A stretch of 64,000 nucleotides of DNA from a virus: IMG/VR virus record IMGVR_UViG_3300029922_000007, positions 1 through 64,000 of that record; one strand, written 5' to 3'. Every line of letters starts with the position of its first letter. Within the stretch, counting starts at the first letter, position 1. Positions 19,060 through 28,973 of the stretch are shown here, one piece after another. A program made the translations under genes and the position numbers. The notes under the pieces are model-generated. The model was not told where the DNA came from and ran no database searches. It saw only the letters and a program-made list of their open reading frames with translations.

Positions 19060-21993
19060 TTATGATGCCGACTGTTGAACTGCCGATAAGGCGAGATCAA
19101 TGGCCACAAAATATAAGCTTGTGGTAAGTTTCGCCTCAACAGCAACGAACATAGAAGGTGCTGCGATTTGGATGGATGCATTGCGATACCCGAGCGGCGC
19201 GTCGTTGCTTGCCGTGGTCATTTTGAGCTTGCGGTAGTAGTCAAATCTCTGTTGCAAAAAACTCAAAGCGCTTGCTGCTGAAAGATCCGCAAGAGATTTT
19301 CCAACCATTGATTGCTGAAAACTCTGTGCAAGATCTAATGAGAGCAAATCCGATAAGTATACACTTTGAATACTGTTATATACGAAGTTAGCATCTAAAC
19401 CATAAGTTGTTTGGTCACTGACCCACTTGATTCCATTCACATCTTGCGAAAGAACCAAAAGCCCCGCAGTCAACGCATCCGACACATCGAATGGATCTCC
19501 ATTGTCGTATCCGGAAGGATCAGTGATAGAAACAATGTTTGCGTAGTGATTGCAAATAGACTTATAGAATCCACCAGCTTGCATACCAGCAGCTATAACT
19601 GCAGCATACCAAGGCTGAAACAAAGTGTTAACGCCGAAGCTGTTGACCTGAGTCACTTGCTGATCGGTCATGTAGCAACGATACGTTCCAATTCCCTGTG
19701 CCTGAGCTTTGGCCTGAGCATAGGTACCATTGAACGAGAGTCCAGCCATACGATTCTTTTTAAGAACAGGAGTAGAGAACTGCAAACAATGGGTTTTGAG
19801 GAGTTCATTGATGGCATCGATCGTATACGTGGATGCAGGATCGGTATTCCCTGCAAGAATGTCCGCAGTGGCATCCTGAGAGAACAAAGGAACAATGATG
19901 TTACATTGAATCCCAGCAAGCTGAGAAATTGCATTTACAATGTCGATTGCCAACGTTGGGCCGAGAGTTCCGCCAGATAGGAACACACCACTTGAAGGGA
20001 ATGGAATACCAGCGAACATGATAGGAGTAAACGAGAGAGCTGTATTTGCAGCCATCTGTGTTTGGAATTCATAGGCTGAATCCTTAATACGACCTGGCTG
20101 AGCACCAGGAGTACTGGTTGCGATCCCAATAGCACTCACTTGATCCAAGCTAGAAGGTGGAAGCGAGATAGCCGAAGGGGTAGCAGTTGCTGAGTAACCA
20201 GGCTGAGCATTAATGAATGCCGCAAGTTGTCCAACCGTAGAATACTGCGAAAGAGTAGCCGACAGATTACCGCCAGTTCCGCCCGTAACCGAAGTAGTCA
20301 GGGTAGTCGCATTAACACTAACAGTACCAGTCGTACCCAAGTATCCGATAGTCAAGGCCACCGCAGGGGTAATATCGATCGTGCTATTAAAGCCCGTAGC
20401 AGTATTCGTGGTTTGAACTTCGATAGCTGGTTCTTGTGCAGCAGCAAAGTTTCCAGCAGGCAAGCCCAATGCAGCCAAATCACCAGGAGTAGAATCGATC
20501 AATTCGAAGCTTTGGCTATAACCTGCAGCGTACGATGCAGGGTTTGCCGCCATGGTCAAAACCACGGTATTCAAAGCAACGCCAGCGGAAGCAGTAATAC
20601 CGGCTGGAAGTAGACTATTCAGTTCCACAATCAATTCTGCAATATTAGCATGAGAATTGGTGATGACCATACCAGGTGGGAAACCCGTAATGGAATTCGT
20701 AGGATAGGACCCAACGTCTCCATGGACAACCGTAGCGCCAGTGTTCGTTACGCCGGTAGCGCCCAAAAGGCCAAATTCTCCAGCAACACCGAGCGGTGCA
20801 GATGCCTGAGCATTAATGTTAGTTGCTACGCTGACCGTAACCGCACCATTAAGTGCGATCACGCTACCATTGACTGTGCCACCACCCAAGGTAACACTCG
20901 TATTGGCGATAATGTTTCCGTTGAAGGTATTGGTTGCGCCGAGGGTTGCCGAACTACCAACTTGGAAAAACACATTAGCTGCAGTAGCTCCGCCAGTCAA
21001 AGCGATTGTCGCTCCAGCGCCAGTGACGAGAGTGCTAGAACACTGAAACACATAGGTTCCAGCACCATTCAGGGTAAGTGTCCCCGAAGCGGCGATAGCA
21101 AAGGTTCCACTAGATTCTGAATAGGTTCCAGGAACTAAGGTTTGGCCACCAAGAGTGCTCGATATTGGGGTCGGCGTCAAGGCTTCCAAGGTATTGTATT
21201 CTGCTAGAGCATCGGATTGCCCGGTCATAGCAGACGCACCACCACCACTAGAACTCAACGTGATAACATCCGTAGCGCCACCATTCTGACGAATAGTAAA
21301 GGTATCGCCATTCAGAGCAGCTCCAAAAGCAGGAACGGTAGTCCCAGTAACCTGAGGAGGAGTTTCAGTATCCAAGGAAGTGATGGTGTAGCTAAAGCCG
21401 TTTCCTCCAACACCATAATTCTGTGAAAAGAACACGCCGTAAGTACTGCCAGAGAAGGCCGAGTAGGCAATCGTCGAATCACCAGTTCCGGAAGTTTTAG
21501 TTAAAGTCCCAGAAGCTGTAGGAGCGCCGGTTCCGGAAGCGACCAGAGTAGTCCCAGCCGCAATCGTGCTTTCGACCACAAAAGTTTGGTCATTATTACT
21601 ATACGTAGCGCCAACCGTAGCATTTGCAGCGGTAACAGTAAAGGTATAGGCCCCAACAGGAGAGTGAGCCTCAGTACCTTTATTGGTTTTAAGGATGTAA
21701 ACGCTAGAAGCCGTACCGGAAATGTCAGGATCGTTCGAAGGAGCAGCGAGGGCATTAAAGGCATCCACGATAGGACCTGAGCCATAAATACTACGAACCA
21801 AATTACCCTGTTGAGGGCCGAAGAAGTTCGTCTTCAAATTCGTAACGCTATAGTCTGGACCAGCAGCAGCTTCACCCATCAGGACGATGACGCCAGAAGT
21901 GGCAAGGCCGGAAGCCGTTGAAATTACAGTGGTATTTACGTAGGCACCTGGGACGTTGGTCCGAACGAAAGGTGTAATAAGTTGTTGTGACAT
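19060..21993 (-). CDS. Contractile tail sheath protein with inserted domains
   Basis: N-terminal VPGAY...GEAAAGP; C-terminal sheath core (DQTTY...NSIQ); DUF3494-like insert at about 20655-21250. Confidence 0.88.
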   Translation of the reverse strand: MSQQLITPFVRTNVPGAYVNTTVISTASGLATSGVIVLMGEAAAGPDYSVTNLKTNFFGPQQGNLVRSIYGSGPIVDAFNALAAPSNDPDISGTASSVYILKTNKGTEAHSPVGAYTFTVTAANATVGATYSNNDQTFVVESTIAAGTTLVASGTGAPTASGTLTKTSGTGDSTIAYSAFSGSTYGVFFSQNYGVGGNGFSYTITSLDTETPPQVTGTTVPAFGAALNGDTFTIRQNGGATDVITLSSSGGGASAMTGQSDALAEYNTLEALTPTPISSTLGGQTLVPGTYSESSGTFAIAASGTLTLNGAGTYVFQCSSTLVTGAGATIALTGGATAANVFFQVGSSATLGATNTFNGNIIANTSVTLGGGTVNGSVIALNGAVTVSVATNINAQASAPLGVAGEFGLLGATGVTNTGATVVHGDVGSYPTNSITGFPPGMVITNSHANIAELIVELNSLLPAGITASAGVALNTVVLTMAANPASYAAGYSQSFELIDSTPGDLAALGLPAGNFAAAQEPAIEVQTTNTATGFNSTIDITPAVALTIGYLGTTGTVSVNATTLTTSVTGGTGGNLSATLSQYSTVGQLAAFINAQPGYSATATPSAISLPPSSLDQVSAIGIATSTPGAQPGRIKDSAYEFQTQMAANTALSFTPIMFAGIPFPSSGVFLSGGTLGPTLAIDIVNAISQLAGIQCNIIVPLFSQDATADILAGNTDPASTYTIDAINELLKTHCLQFSTPVLKKNRMAGLSFNGTYAQAKAQAQGIGTYRCYMTDQQVTQVNSFGVNTLFQPWYAAVIAAGMQAGGFYKSICNHYANIVSITDPSGYDNGDPFDVSDALTAGLLVLSQDVNGIKWVSDQTTYGLDANFVYNSIQSVYLSDLLSLDLAQSFQQSMVGKSLADLSAASALSFLQQRFDYYRKLKMTTASNDAPLGYRNASIQIAAPSMFVAVEAKLTTSLYFVAIDLALSAVQQSAS

Positions 21994-22003
21994 AAATTTC
22001 CCC

Positions 22004-22915
22004 TTAAATCATTTCAGCAAAATGTAATTTGCCGTGTTCTTTTGTACGGCACGCGTAGTTCTTGTTTACAGAATCGTCTACAGCTCTCATACTTACATTA
22101 AAGATTGCAGCGACGGCCCTACGCGAATCAAAAATCTCTTTAGTTTCTAAGCAGATAACTCTCTTATGAGATCCAGGCTTAGATTTTCTCTCAAGTCTAT
22201 TCTTTTCACACAGAGCTTGAATTGCAGGATCCTTAGAGCGGATTGAAAATCCCTTGATAGTGTCGGCCTTACCACGAATAACGTTAGTAATATTTGGAGC
22301 CTTTGCTCCAATGGCTTGAGCTAGATCTTCAGTTCCCGCAAATTCAACCCATACGCCGTTCATCAACGCCTCTACAGGCTTTTTATTCTTGATGGCAGCC
22401 GCCAAAGCCTGTTCGACGACCTTCGCCATATGGTCTGGATTGTCAGCGAGCCTCTTCTTCATACCCTCAGAAACCTTGTCGGCCCAAGTAATTTCTCGGC
22501 CAGTCATTTTTTGGCTCATTAGGGCTTTAGTTTCTGCGGTGTGGGTTTTTCCGGTGCATGATAGGACTCGTTTTTTCTTCTCTTCTTCAGATTGAATACG
22601 CCCCCTTACACCGTGACCACCCGTAGTCATGTTATATCCAAGGCCGCCGCCAAAACACAGACTGTTAAGCTCTTTAATCCAAAAGATTTCCCTATTGTCT
22701 AGTTCGGTTTCAAAAGTTACTTCAATGGTCTCGATCTTAAAGTTTTCTGCGCCATATTTACGAATAGCCCTACAGAGCGCTAATTCACTTCCAAGATTCG
22801 CAGTCCTAACATGCTTAGAAAACCTCAACTCCACCGTATAAACAGTCTGACCAACGTACAATTTGCCGTTGATGAGGTTAGTAATGAGGTAGATGGAGCC
22901 TAGAGAAGCTTTCAT
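22004..22915 (-). CDS. GIY-YIG homing endonuclease
   Basis: SIYLITN...LYVGQT; GYNMT; two NUMOD1-like HTH domains. Confidence 0.9.
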   Translation of the reverse strand: MKASLGSIYLITNLINGKLYVGQTVYTVELRFSKHVRTANLGSELALCRAIRKYGAENFKIETIEVTFETELDNREIFWIKELNSLCFGGGLGYNMTTGGHGVRGRIQSEEEKKKRVLSCTGKTHTAETKALMSQKMTGREITWADKVSEGMKKRLADNPDHMAKVVEQALAAAIKNKKPVEALMNGVWVEFAGTEDLAQAIGAKAPNITNVIRGKADTIKGFSIRSKDPAIQALCEKNRLERKSKPGSHKRVICLETKEIFDSRRAVAAIFNVSMRAVDDSVNKNYACRTKEHGKLHFAEMI

Positions 22916-23211
22916 TTAACCTTCAATCCGAAATGGTCGCAACCCCTCTTAAAGTCTTCTGGCGAATCCATTTTGATAGTCTTGAGATGCAACCAAAGAG
23001 CTTTTTCAAGATTCTTAGCTTCGCCATATTTCTTTTTATTGCTGGCCCAAAACTTGCGAAACTCTTCACGTTTCTGTTCTTCAGTAAGCGACGGGGCTTG
23101 AGGCCTATGAAGAGAAGCCCTATAGGCACGAGATTCAGCCAAGGTCATCTCCTTGGGCTTAGACTCCACCATGGGCTGTTCAAGTTGTCTGAGTTTCGTC
23201 GGCTTTGCCAT
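22912..23211 (-). CDS. Hypothetical protein upstream of the sheath
   Basis: ORF in the late operon. Confidence 0.6.
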   Translation of the reverse strand: MAKPTKLRQLEQPMVESKPKEMTLAESRAYRASLHRPQAPSLTEEQKREEFRKFWASNKKKYGEAKNLEKALWLHLKTIKMDSPEDFKRGCDHFGLKVK

Positions 23212-23214
23212 TGG

Positions 23215-23832
23215 TTATCCTGGTAGCTTTGGTTTGGACATTTGGTGGATTTGATCGAGGGTTTGCTGGTGGGAAGACTTAGCTTGCGCCGTTCCAACTT
23301 GAACTCCGTGAGGAGTAGCCCCGCGAGCACTGGCAGTTGCACCAACACCGGCAGCGCTAGTAGACGTGGGGGCATCGGCTCTACCGTGTTGTACTGCGGT
23401 ATTAACGCCTTTTTCATATCCAGTCTCAGCCTTATCCATTTCGGGAGCAGCTTTTTGGCTCTTCTTCATTTCCATTTTACCCATAAACTTAGCGAGCTTA
23501 TAGGAACCCTTTTCACGATGTTCTTGCTTTTCAGCTTCAGGATTCTCAGATTCATGGGCTTCAACTTCATGTTCAACTTTTTCGCCAAGTTCAGCATCCT
23601 GCTTCTCATCAGGGTTCTTTTCGGACATTTCCATATCTTCGGACTTGCCCATTTTGGCTTTAATCGAACCATTGATCTTGTCGGCAGTTTTCTTGGAATA
23701 GCCTTCGCCTTCCAACTTATGCTCAATTTTATCCCATTCCCCTTTAGCCAATGGAGAAAGTTTAAAAAGTTCCTGGGCTTTCGCCAGAACCATCATAGCT
23801 GCCTGTTGTGGGGTATAAACTTTGTCTGCCAT
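23215..23832 (-). CDS. Putative internal head protein
   Basis: Start MADKVY after AGGAG; highly charged, with several [LM]xK[SAG] motifs. Confidence 0.55.
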   Translation of the reverse strand: MADKVYTPQQAAMMVLAKAQELFKLSPLAKGEWDKIEHKLEGEGYSKKTADKINGSIKAKMGKSEDMEMSEKNPDEKQDAELGEKVEHEVEAHESENPEAEKQEHREKGSYKLAKFMGKMEMKKSQKAAPEMDKAETGYEKGVNTAVQHGRADAPTSTSAAGVGATASARGATPHGVQVGTAQAKSSHQQTLDQIHQMSKPKLPG

Positions 23833-23863
23833 GGGAACTCCTAATAACAATAAGATTGGACGA

Positions 23864-24133
23864 TCACTTTCGTTTGGATCTAGCGTTGCTCAAAAACTCG
23901 TGAAGTGCTTGAATACTTTTCTTCTTAAATGATTGATTTTGTTCACTTTTATAAAATTGAGAAGGCTTATCCATCGCCTGTCCAGGTTTTTTAGCCTTAG
24001 CTTGCTTCACTACGGCCTGAGAGCCGACCTTATTTGGACTAGCGGTATTTGATTGTGTAGGAGAAACAACACCCGGAACTGGAGTAATCTGAGTTGATTG
24101 AAGACCGCCCATGCTGACTTTTTTGATGTTCAT
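23864..24133 (-). CDS. Hypothetical late protein
   Basis: CAATCTTA 6 nt before the ATG. Confidence 0.55.
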   Translation of the reverse strand: MNIKKVSMGGLQSTQITPVPGVVSPTQSNTASPNKVGSQAVVKQAKAKKPGQAMDKPSQFYKSEQNQSFKKKSIQALHEFLSNARSKRK

Positions 24134-24211
24134 CTAGGGTAAGATTGGGGATGATTTTAACAAAATATGGTACTTATAGTTAGAGGCCGAAATCTTTTAG
24201 TCAGCTTTTAG

Positions 24212-24712
24212 CTAAAGATAGGAGGCATCTATTCTATTCCCCTTAGCGCTATTCGCAGATTTAGTTAATATCTGCAAGTTCCAGGGTACGTGTAAACCTC
24301 TTACATTTTTGCCCAATAAGGGCAAGATATGATCAACTTCATGGGGAATGCCAGTTTCCTTAGTCTTTCTAGCAGCTTCTATATAGAATTCGTCTATTTT
24401 ATTGTAGTCTGATTCGGTAAGCCAGGAAGGGGTAGCTTGGATTTTGGCTGCGTTTCTTCTGGCTGTAGCAGAGTTCACCAGCGCAGCATTTTCCTTTTTA
24501 TAGAGAGAAGACCTCGTATTTTCTTTTTTCTTATTTTCTACATAATACTGAGCATTATACGCGCTTCTAGTTTCTTTGTTCTTAGCTCTAGATATTTCAT
24601 CGTATGCCTTAGCACACAGCTTACATTTATGCTGAAAACCGTCTTTGGCCCCCTTATCCTTACTAAAATAGCTAATCTCTTTATTTTCCTTACACTTAGA
24701 ACATACCTTCAT
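24212..24712 (-). CDS. HNH homing endonuclease
   Basis: CxxC/CxxC N-terminus; HEVDHILPL...GLHVPWNLQIL...N..K. Confidence 0.9.
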   Translation of the reverse strand: MKVCSKCKENKEISYFSKDKGAKDGFQHKCKLCAKAYDEISRAKNKETRSAYNAQYYVENKKKENTRSSLYKKENAALVNSATARRNAAKIQATPSWLTESDYNKIDEFYIEAARKTKETGIPHEVDHILPLLGKNVRGLHVPWNLQILTKSANSAKGNRIDASYL

Positions 24713-24730
24713 ATATAGGATATATCACAA

Positions 24731-25699
24731 CTACTCATTTTCATAGGCAATATCTTGAAGAGTTTGCCAATTAACGGTGTCGGGATTCTCAAACGTGTCT
24801 GTTAAGTTACTAAGGATCTTCAAACCACCAGGAAAGACAATGTCTTCCACATAGCGATGGGGCTGTTCAATCCATCTATTTTCAACTTGACCTTCAAGAG
24901 TGATATCGCGAGCCCAAATTACTTGACCTGCATCTGAATAATCTGGGTCTGGATACATTTTACCAGACTTAACGACGCTTTCAGCAAACCCATCTGCCTC
25001 TAACAGGCTTTGACGATATCTCAATAGAGAATACGTAGCTATAGCATGCAACCATAGAAGGGTGTTCTGGTCCATGGCCTTGCAGCTGACTTTATAGCTC
25101 TCCTGAAAGAATGTACCACCAATCCTAGCCTCAAAATATCTATACTCTGGAATAACACCATAAAGTGTCGCATTTAGAGATAGTCCCGTTAAAAGTTGGA
25201 CTTGAGTAGAGCTAACGACGGATTGGACCACATACGCACTGCCGGTAGTTGGATCCACCAAAGCCATCCCAGGAGAAACGAGGTTAAGGGTTTGAGCGGA
25301 AGTGAAGGTAAATACACCAAGAGTTGGATCATACGAACCAGAAGTTGGTTTGATGACATACGGGATAGGTTTATTTACTTCCGAAGGAGATAGGTGGATC
25401 TTTTCGGTAGTTAAATCGGCTAATCTCTTCATGTCCGGCTTTTCGTTACTCGTACCAATGTCAATTACGATTGCAGGAAATTCAAGTTTATCATCTCGTT
25501 CGGACATAACGATATTAATGCGATTATTGGCTAACCACTGAGAGCATGATTCGATTTGTGAACCATAGAGTTTTCTGAGATAGGGATTAGCTACCGTATC
25601 CCCAAGAATATCGTTAAGAAGCCAGGGATTCTTTGTGATGTCTTCTAGGCCAAGAGTTAAGGCCGCTTTTATTCTAAGATCTCCAAAAAATAAGCTCAT
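24731..25699 (-). CDS. Putative tail terminator/neck protein
   Basis: FPAIVI motif; positioned between head and sheath genes. Confidence 0.5.
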   Translation of the reverse strand: MSLFFGDLRIKAALTLGLEDITKNPWLLNDILGDTVANPYLRKLYGSQIESCSQWLANNRINIVMSERDDKLEFPAIVIDIGTSNEKPDMKRLADLTTEKIHLSPSEVNKPIPYVIKPTSGSYDPTLGVFTFTSAQTLNLVSPGMALVDPTTGSAYVVQSVVSSTQVQLLTGLSLNATLYGVIPEYRYFEARIGGTFFQESYKVSCKAMDQNTLLWLHAIATYSLLRYRQSLLEADGFAESVVKSGKMYPDPDYSDAGQVIWARDITLEGQVENRWIEQPHRYVEDIVFPGGLKILSNLTDTFENPDTVNWQTLQDIAYENE

Positions 25700-25702
25700 A
25701 GA

Positions 25703-26482
25703 TTACCTATACTTTTCTAGAATTTTGGGAAGCCAAGTATTTTCCCATTCTTGAATTGCGAACTGTTCGGCCTTATTGAATGCATCCAAAGGCTCTACTG
25801 GAGGATGTATCCACTTTCCATTTTGGTCTTCTGTAACGGTTCTAAAAGTAGTAATAGTCCTTTTGGTAGACCCATCTTTTTGTTTGGTCTGGTAGATGTT
25901 TAGCCCATGAAGTTGGGGGGTATTACCCTTTCCAGGAGTAAAACTGTCGATATTCATGCTATGAAGTTTACCAAGCCTAGGACTTCCATTTTTATCGAGT
26001 TCCAACTTCTTATATGGAATTCCTTTTTTTGCTAGCTCTGCTTTGACTTTATTCACCATACCTTGCTCGTATCCAGCAGTATTCGGAGACATTTCGCTAG
26101 GAGTCTTACCTTGATTCATAGGAACGATACGATATTTCTTGCCATCCTTAGAAGTCTCGATTTCACCCTTACCGTCTCTTTGTGTATTGAGCAGTCCAGG
26201 TTTCATGTCGTAGGGGGCGGAGATTCCATCTTCAATCCAAACTGCAGACTCCTTCAAAGTAATAACCCAAAGATTCTCGTCTATTTGTTCGGGTTCGCCG
26301 AGAGCCTCTAAGTAGTCTTTACGAAATGAATGGAGCGTTTGGGCATCTTCCTTAATATGGGCATGAGTAGCTATAGCCAACCCTTGGATACCCTTTTTTA
26401 GGTCCCTGGTTATGTCTTTACTGAATTCTTCCATGTATTCAGTCAGGCTATCAATATTGAGATTAACTTTGATATCGCCCAT
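25703..26482 (-). CDS. Putative neck/tail-completion protein
   Basis: IEDG...YDMKPGLL and TFRTV...WIHP motifs of large-myovirus neck proteins. Confidence 0.6.
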   Translation of the reverse strand: MGDIKVNLNIDSLTEYMEEFSKDITRDLKKGIQGLAIATHAHIKEDAQTLHSFRKDYLEALGEPEQIDENLWVITLKESAVWIEDGISAPYDMKPGLLNTQRDGKGEIETSKDGKKYRIVPMNQGKTPSEMSPNTAGYEQGMVNKVKAELAKKGIPYKKLELDKNGSPRLGKLHSMNIDSFTPGKGNTPQLHGLNIYQTKQKDGSTKRTITTFRTVTEDQNGKWIHPPVEPLDAFNKAEQFAIQEWENTWLPKILEKYR

Positions 26483-26483
26483 A

Positions 26484-26684
26484 TTAAACCTTCGGAGGCT
26501 TAATTGGAACGCCAGAAGGGCCTTGCACTCGACCTTGTTTCATATCAATGAAGCGTACCACTCCATTGTTGTCCGTGACTTTCATTTGTCCCTTACCATT
26601 AATTCCTTTTTCGGGAATAGGGTCTTTAGCGAGATGGGGAGTAGAGTGTTTTGCCGAGAGCTTTGAGGCCGGGGTAATTCCCAT
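26484..26684 (-). CDS. Small hypothetical protein
   Basis: TAATG-coupled ORF. Confidence 0.55.
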   Translation of the reverse strand: MGITPASKLSAKHSTPHLAKDPIPEKGINGKGQMKVTDNNGVVRFIDMKQGRVQGPSGVPIKPPKV

Positions 26685-28051
26685 TACCCCGCCGCTTTTG
26701 GGTCGGGCTGACCCTCCGCTGGGCTAGCTCCGCCACCAGGAGGGGCTGGCGGTGGTGCTGCAGGCGCGGCCTGTTCCGGTGGCATTTCTTGTCCTGGCTG
26801 TCCAGCTTGCATCTGAGGTTTCAAGCCAAGTAATTCGCAAAGAGAGATCATACTCTTAAGCATCTGAATGCAAGACTGATAAAGTGGCATATTTTGCTCT
26901 TTAGTAGCTTCCAAGGACGCCTTGTTGGCTTTGAATCCAGCCAGAGTCTGGCCGACCATATCTAGAACTTGCTGACGCTTCTGTTCATTGGCATGGTCGT
27001 CGAGTCCACCTTGCATAACGGACGCCATATCTGGTTGATCTTGCTGTCCACCAAAAGCAGCTTCTTCATCCGAAATATCGCCCTTTTGTGCATCGCCAAA
27101 GTTTTCTGGAACCGAAGTTCCTTCTTCCATAGCATCGCCTTGCGGTAGTTCCGTATTGTCAATTTTCTGAGCTTCTTCAGCAGGAGGAGTTCCCTGTCCT
27201 GGCTGTTGATCAAGCATATCCAAAACTTCTTCAGCAGTCTCATGGCCTTGAGTCTTAGGGGGCTCTTGTCCACTTTGTGCCGGAGTATTTTCCGAAGCTT
27301 CCCCATACATTTTTTGGCATTCAGGGCAGTTATCTGGACCATCGCTATCGGGGAGAACATCATCCGAAGACAATCCTGGATTGGCCTGTTCTACGGTTTC
27401 ATCTTCGCAATAAGGACAGTCTTCTTCTTCTCCACCGGCCTGCTCTGCATTCACGTCCTGACAATATGGACAGGTATCTTCCATACCAGCAGTACCATTG
27501 GCATTCTCTACAGCATCAAGGTCCTGACAATATTGACAGTTATCCGTACGATTATCTTCGTTTTCAGCACAATAGGGACAATCATCATGATCTTCAGGAT
27601 CATGCATTCCTTCGCGTTCGTTAGTTTCAGGAACCGACTCCTCTTCAGACTTATGGAGATAGCAAGCGTGTTTTGCGAATTCGGCCTTATGAAAATCGCA
27701 GGACTTGCCGAGATTGGGTTTAGGCATAGCTTTCATTTCGCCTAAGACTTTGCTAGCTCTCCCATGCGCCATTTCCTTAAAGGTTTTACTGCCAGGCATT
27801 TTATTTGACATTCTAGCTGCAGATCCGGCTTCACTCCAACTCATTCCTGGATGGGCGGTGCGGTTAATGCCTTTTTGGCCCTCTTCTTTGTGGCCTAATT
27901 TTTCATCCATAAATTTCGTGCGCTCTGTAGATCTAGAACCTCTAGCCGCACGTTTATCTTCGGGGCTTTTTCCTTCATCAACCCTAGCCTTATGCAAATC
28001 GCAGGTCTTATGGTCTCGTTCGTGCTTATGAAGCTTACAAATCTTTTTCAT
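26684..28051 (-). CDS. Putative internal head protein with CxxC repeats
   Basis: Four Cx[LF]HK-type motifs, five CxxC motifs and an acidic low-complexity region. Confidence 0.55.
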   Translation of the reverse strand: MKKICKLHKHERDHKTCDLHKARVDEGKSPEDKRAARGSRSTERTKFMDEKLGHKEEGQKGINRTAHPGMSWSEAGSAARMSNKMPGSKTFKEMAHGRASKVLGEMKAMPKPNLGKSCDFHKAEFAKHACYLHKSEEESVPETNEREGMHDPEDHDDCPYCAENEDNRTDNCQYCQDLDAVENANGTAGMEDTCPYCQDVNAEQAGGEEEDCPYCEDETVEQANPGLSSDDVLPDSDGPDNCPECQKMYGEASENTPAQSGQEPPKTQGHETAEEVLDMLDQQPGQGTPPAEEAQKIDNTELPQGDAMEEGTSVPENFGDAQKGDISDEEAAFGGQQDQPDMASVMQGGLDDHANEQKRQQVLDMVGQTLAGFKANKASLEATKEQNMPLYQSCIQMLKSMISLCELLGLKPQMQAGQPGQEMPPEQAAPAAPPPAPPGGGASPAEGQPDPKAAG

Positions 28052-28968
28052 TTTTTGGCCCTCAGGGTCTCAAGCAACATTTCTGCGTTTTCTGGATCCC
28101 AGCCTCTGGAAAACTTAATTTGGATACCGTCTTCAGATTTTTTAATCCAAATTTTACGGTTTTGATCCTGACCCATACAAATGCAGCCTGCATAGGTTAG
28201 GTTGCCAAAAATTTCCTGCCCACAATCCAAGCAATCTCTGGTCTCGCTTTTCGCAATCTCAACATGGTATTCTTGCGTCTTAGGCTTCTTCTTACGATCT
28301 AAAAATTCTTTGAGAGGCGAGCCCTTCTTTGCAGGGGCTTCTTTTTTCATTACGTCTTTAGCCTCAAGATTAATAGGTCCTACTGGAGCCGAAATATGCG
28401 GTACCGGAAGAGGTCGCGACATTTTGTCGTGATTAGTGTCGGGATGAACTATAGCTTCGGCCAATTTGCCCATCATAAGCTTGTGGATGGCTTCACGTTC
28501 GGCCATCTTATTCTCTACAACCCTAGACACCAAACAATGAAGTTCCATTCGGTCATCGATCAGTTTTTGGACTTCACGCTTCGTATCTTCAGAAAGACCC
28601 GATTCGTTCTTGCTAAGACTGTCGAGATCGAACAGCTCAAATTTAGATAAAAGGGCAGCACCGATACTAGGAATAGACCTACCGTGGAAGAAGTCTCTAC
28701 CGTTACCCCTAGAAAGGCTGAAAGAAAATTGATCGTCGCCAGTTTTCTTAATACCTAAAAATTCTTTTTCTCCAAAGGGTAAGTCTATCTGCTTAGTTTC
28801 ACCCTTAGCCATAGGTTGAAGTTCGCTAATCAATAGGGACATAACAGCCCTAGGAACGACCTTCAAATCAGCCATGACCCTATCGGAAGTCACGCCTGTA
28901 CTCTTAGCTAGAGTTCCCAAAAACTCTTTGTCTAGGATCCGATTAAGGAGGTCGTCATTCTTAGCCAT
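28048..28968 (-). CDS. Hypothetical head-module protein with C-terminal Zn ribbon
   Basis: Likely start MAKNDD; CLDC...CIC. Confidence 0.55.
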   Translation of the reverse strand: MAKNDDLLNRILDKEFLGTLAKSTGVTSDRVMADLKVVPRAVMSLLISELQPMAKGETKQIDLPFGEKEFLGIKKTGDDQFSFSLSRGNGRDFFHGRSIPSIGAALLSKFELFDLDSLSKNESGLSEDTKREVQKLIDDRMELHCLVSRVVENKMAEREAIHKLMMGKLAEAIVHPDTNHDKMSRPLPVPHISAPVGPINLEAKDVMKKEAPAKKGSPLKEFLDRKKKPKTQEYHVEIAKSETRDCLDCGQEIFGNLTYAGCICMGQDQNRKIWIKKSEDGIQIKFSRGWDPENAEMLLETLRAKK

Positions 28969-28973
28969 TTTTT

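Noticed and set aside
12862-21780. Long plus-strand ORFs opposite the fibre and sheath (e.g. 14993..15598, 19411..19980)
   Set aside because: Antisense shadows of codon-biased real genes, with no SD or recognisable motifs.
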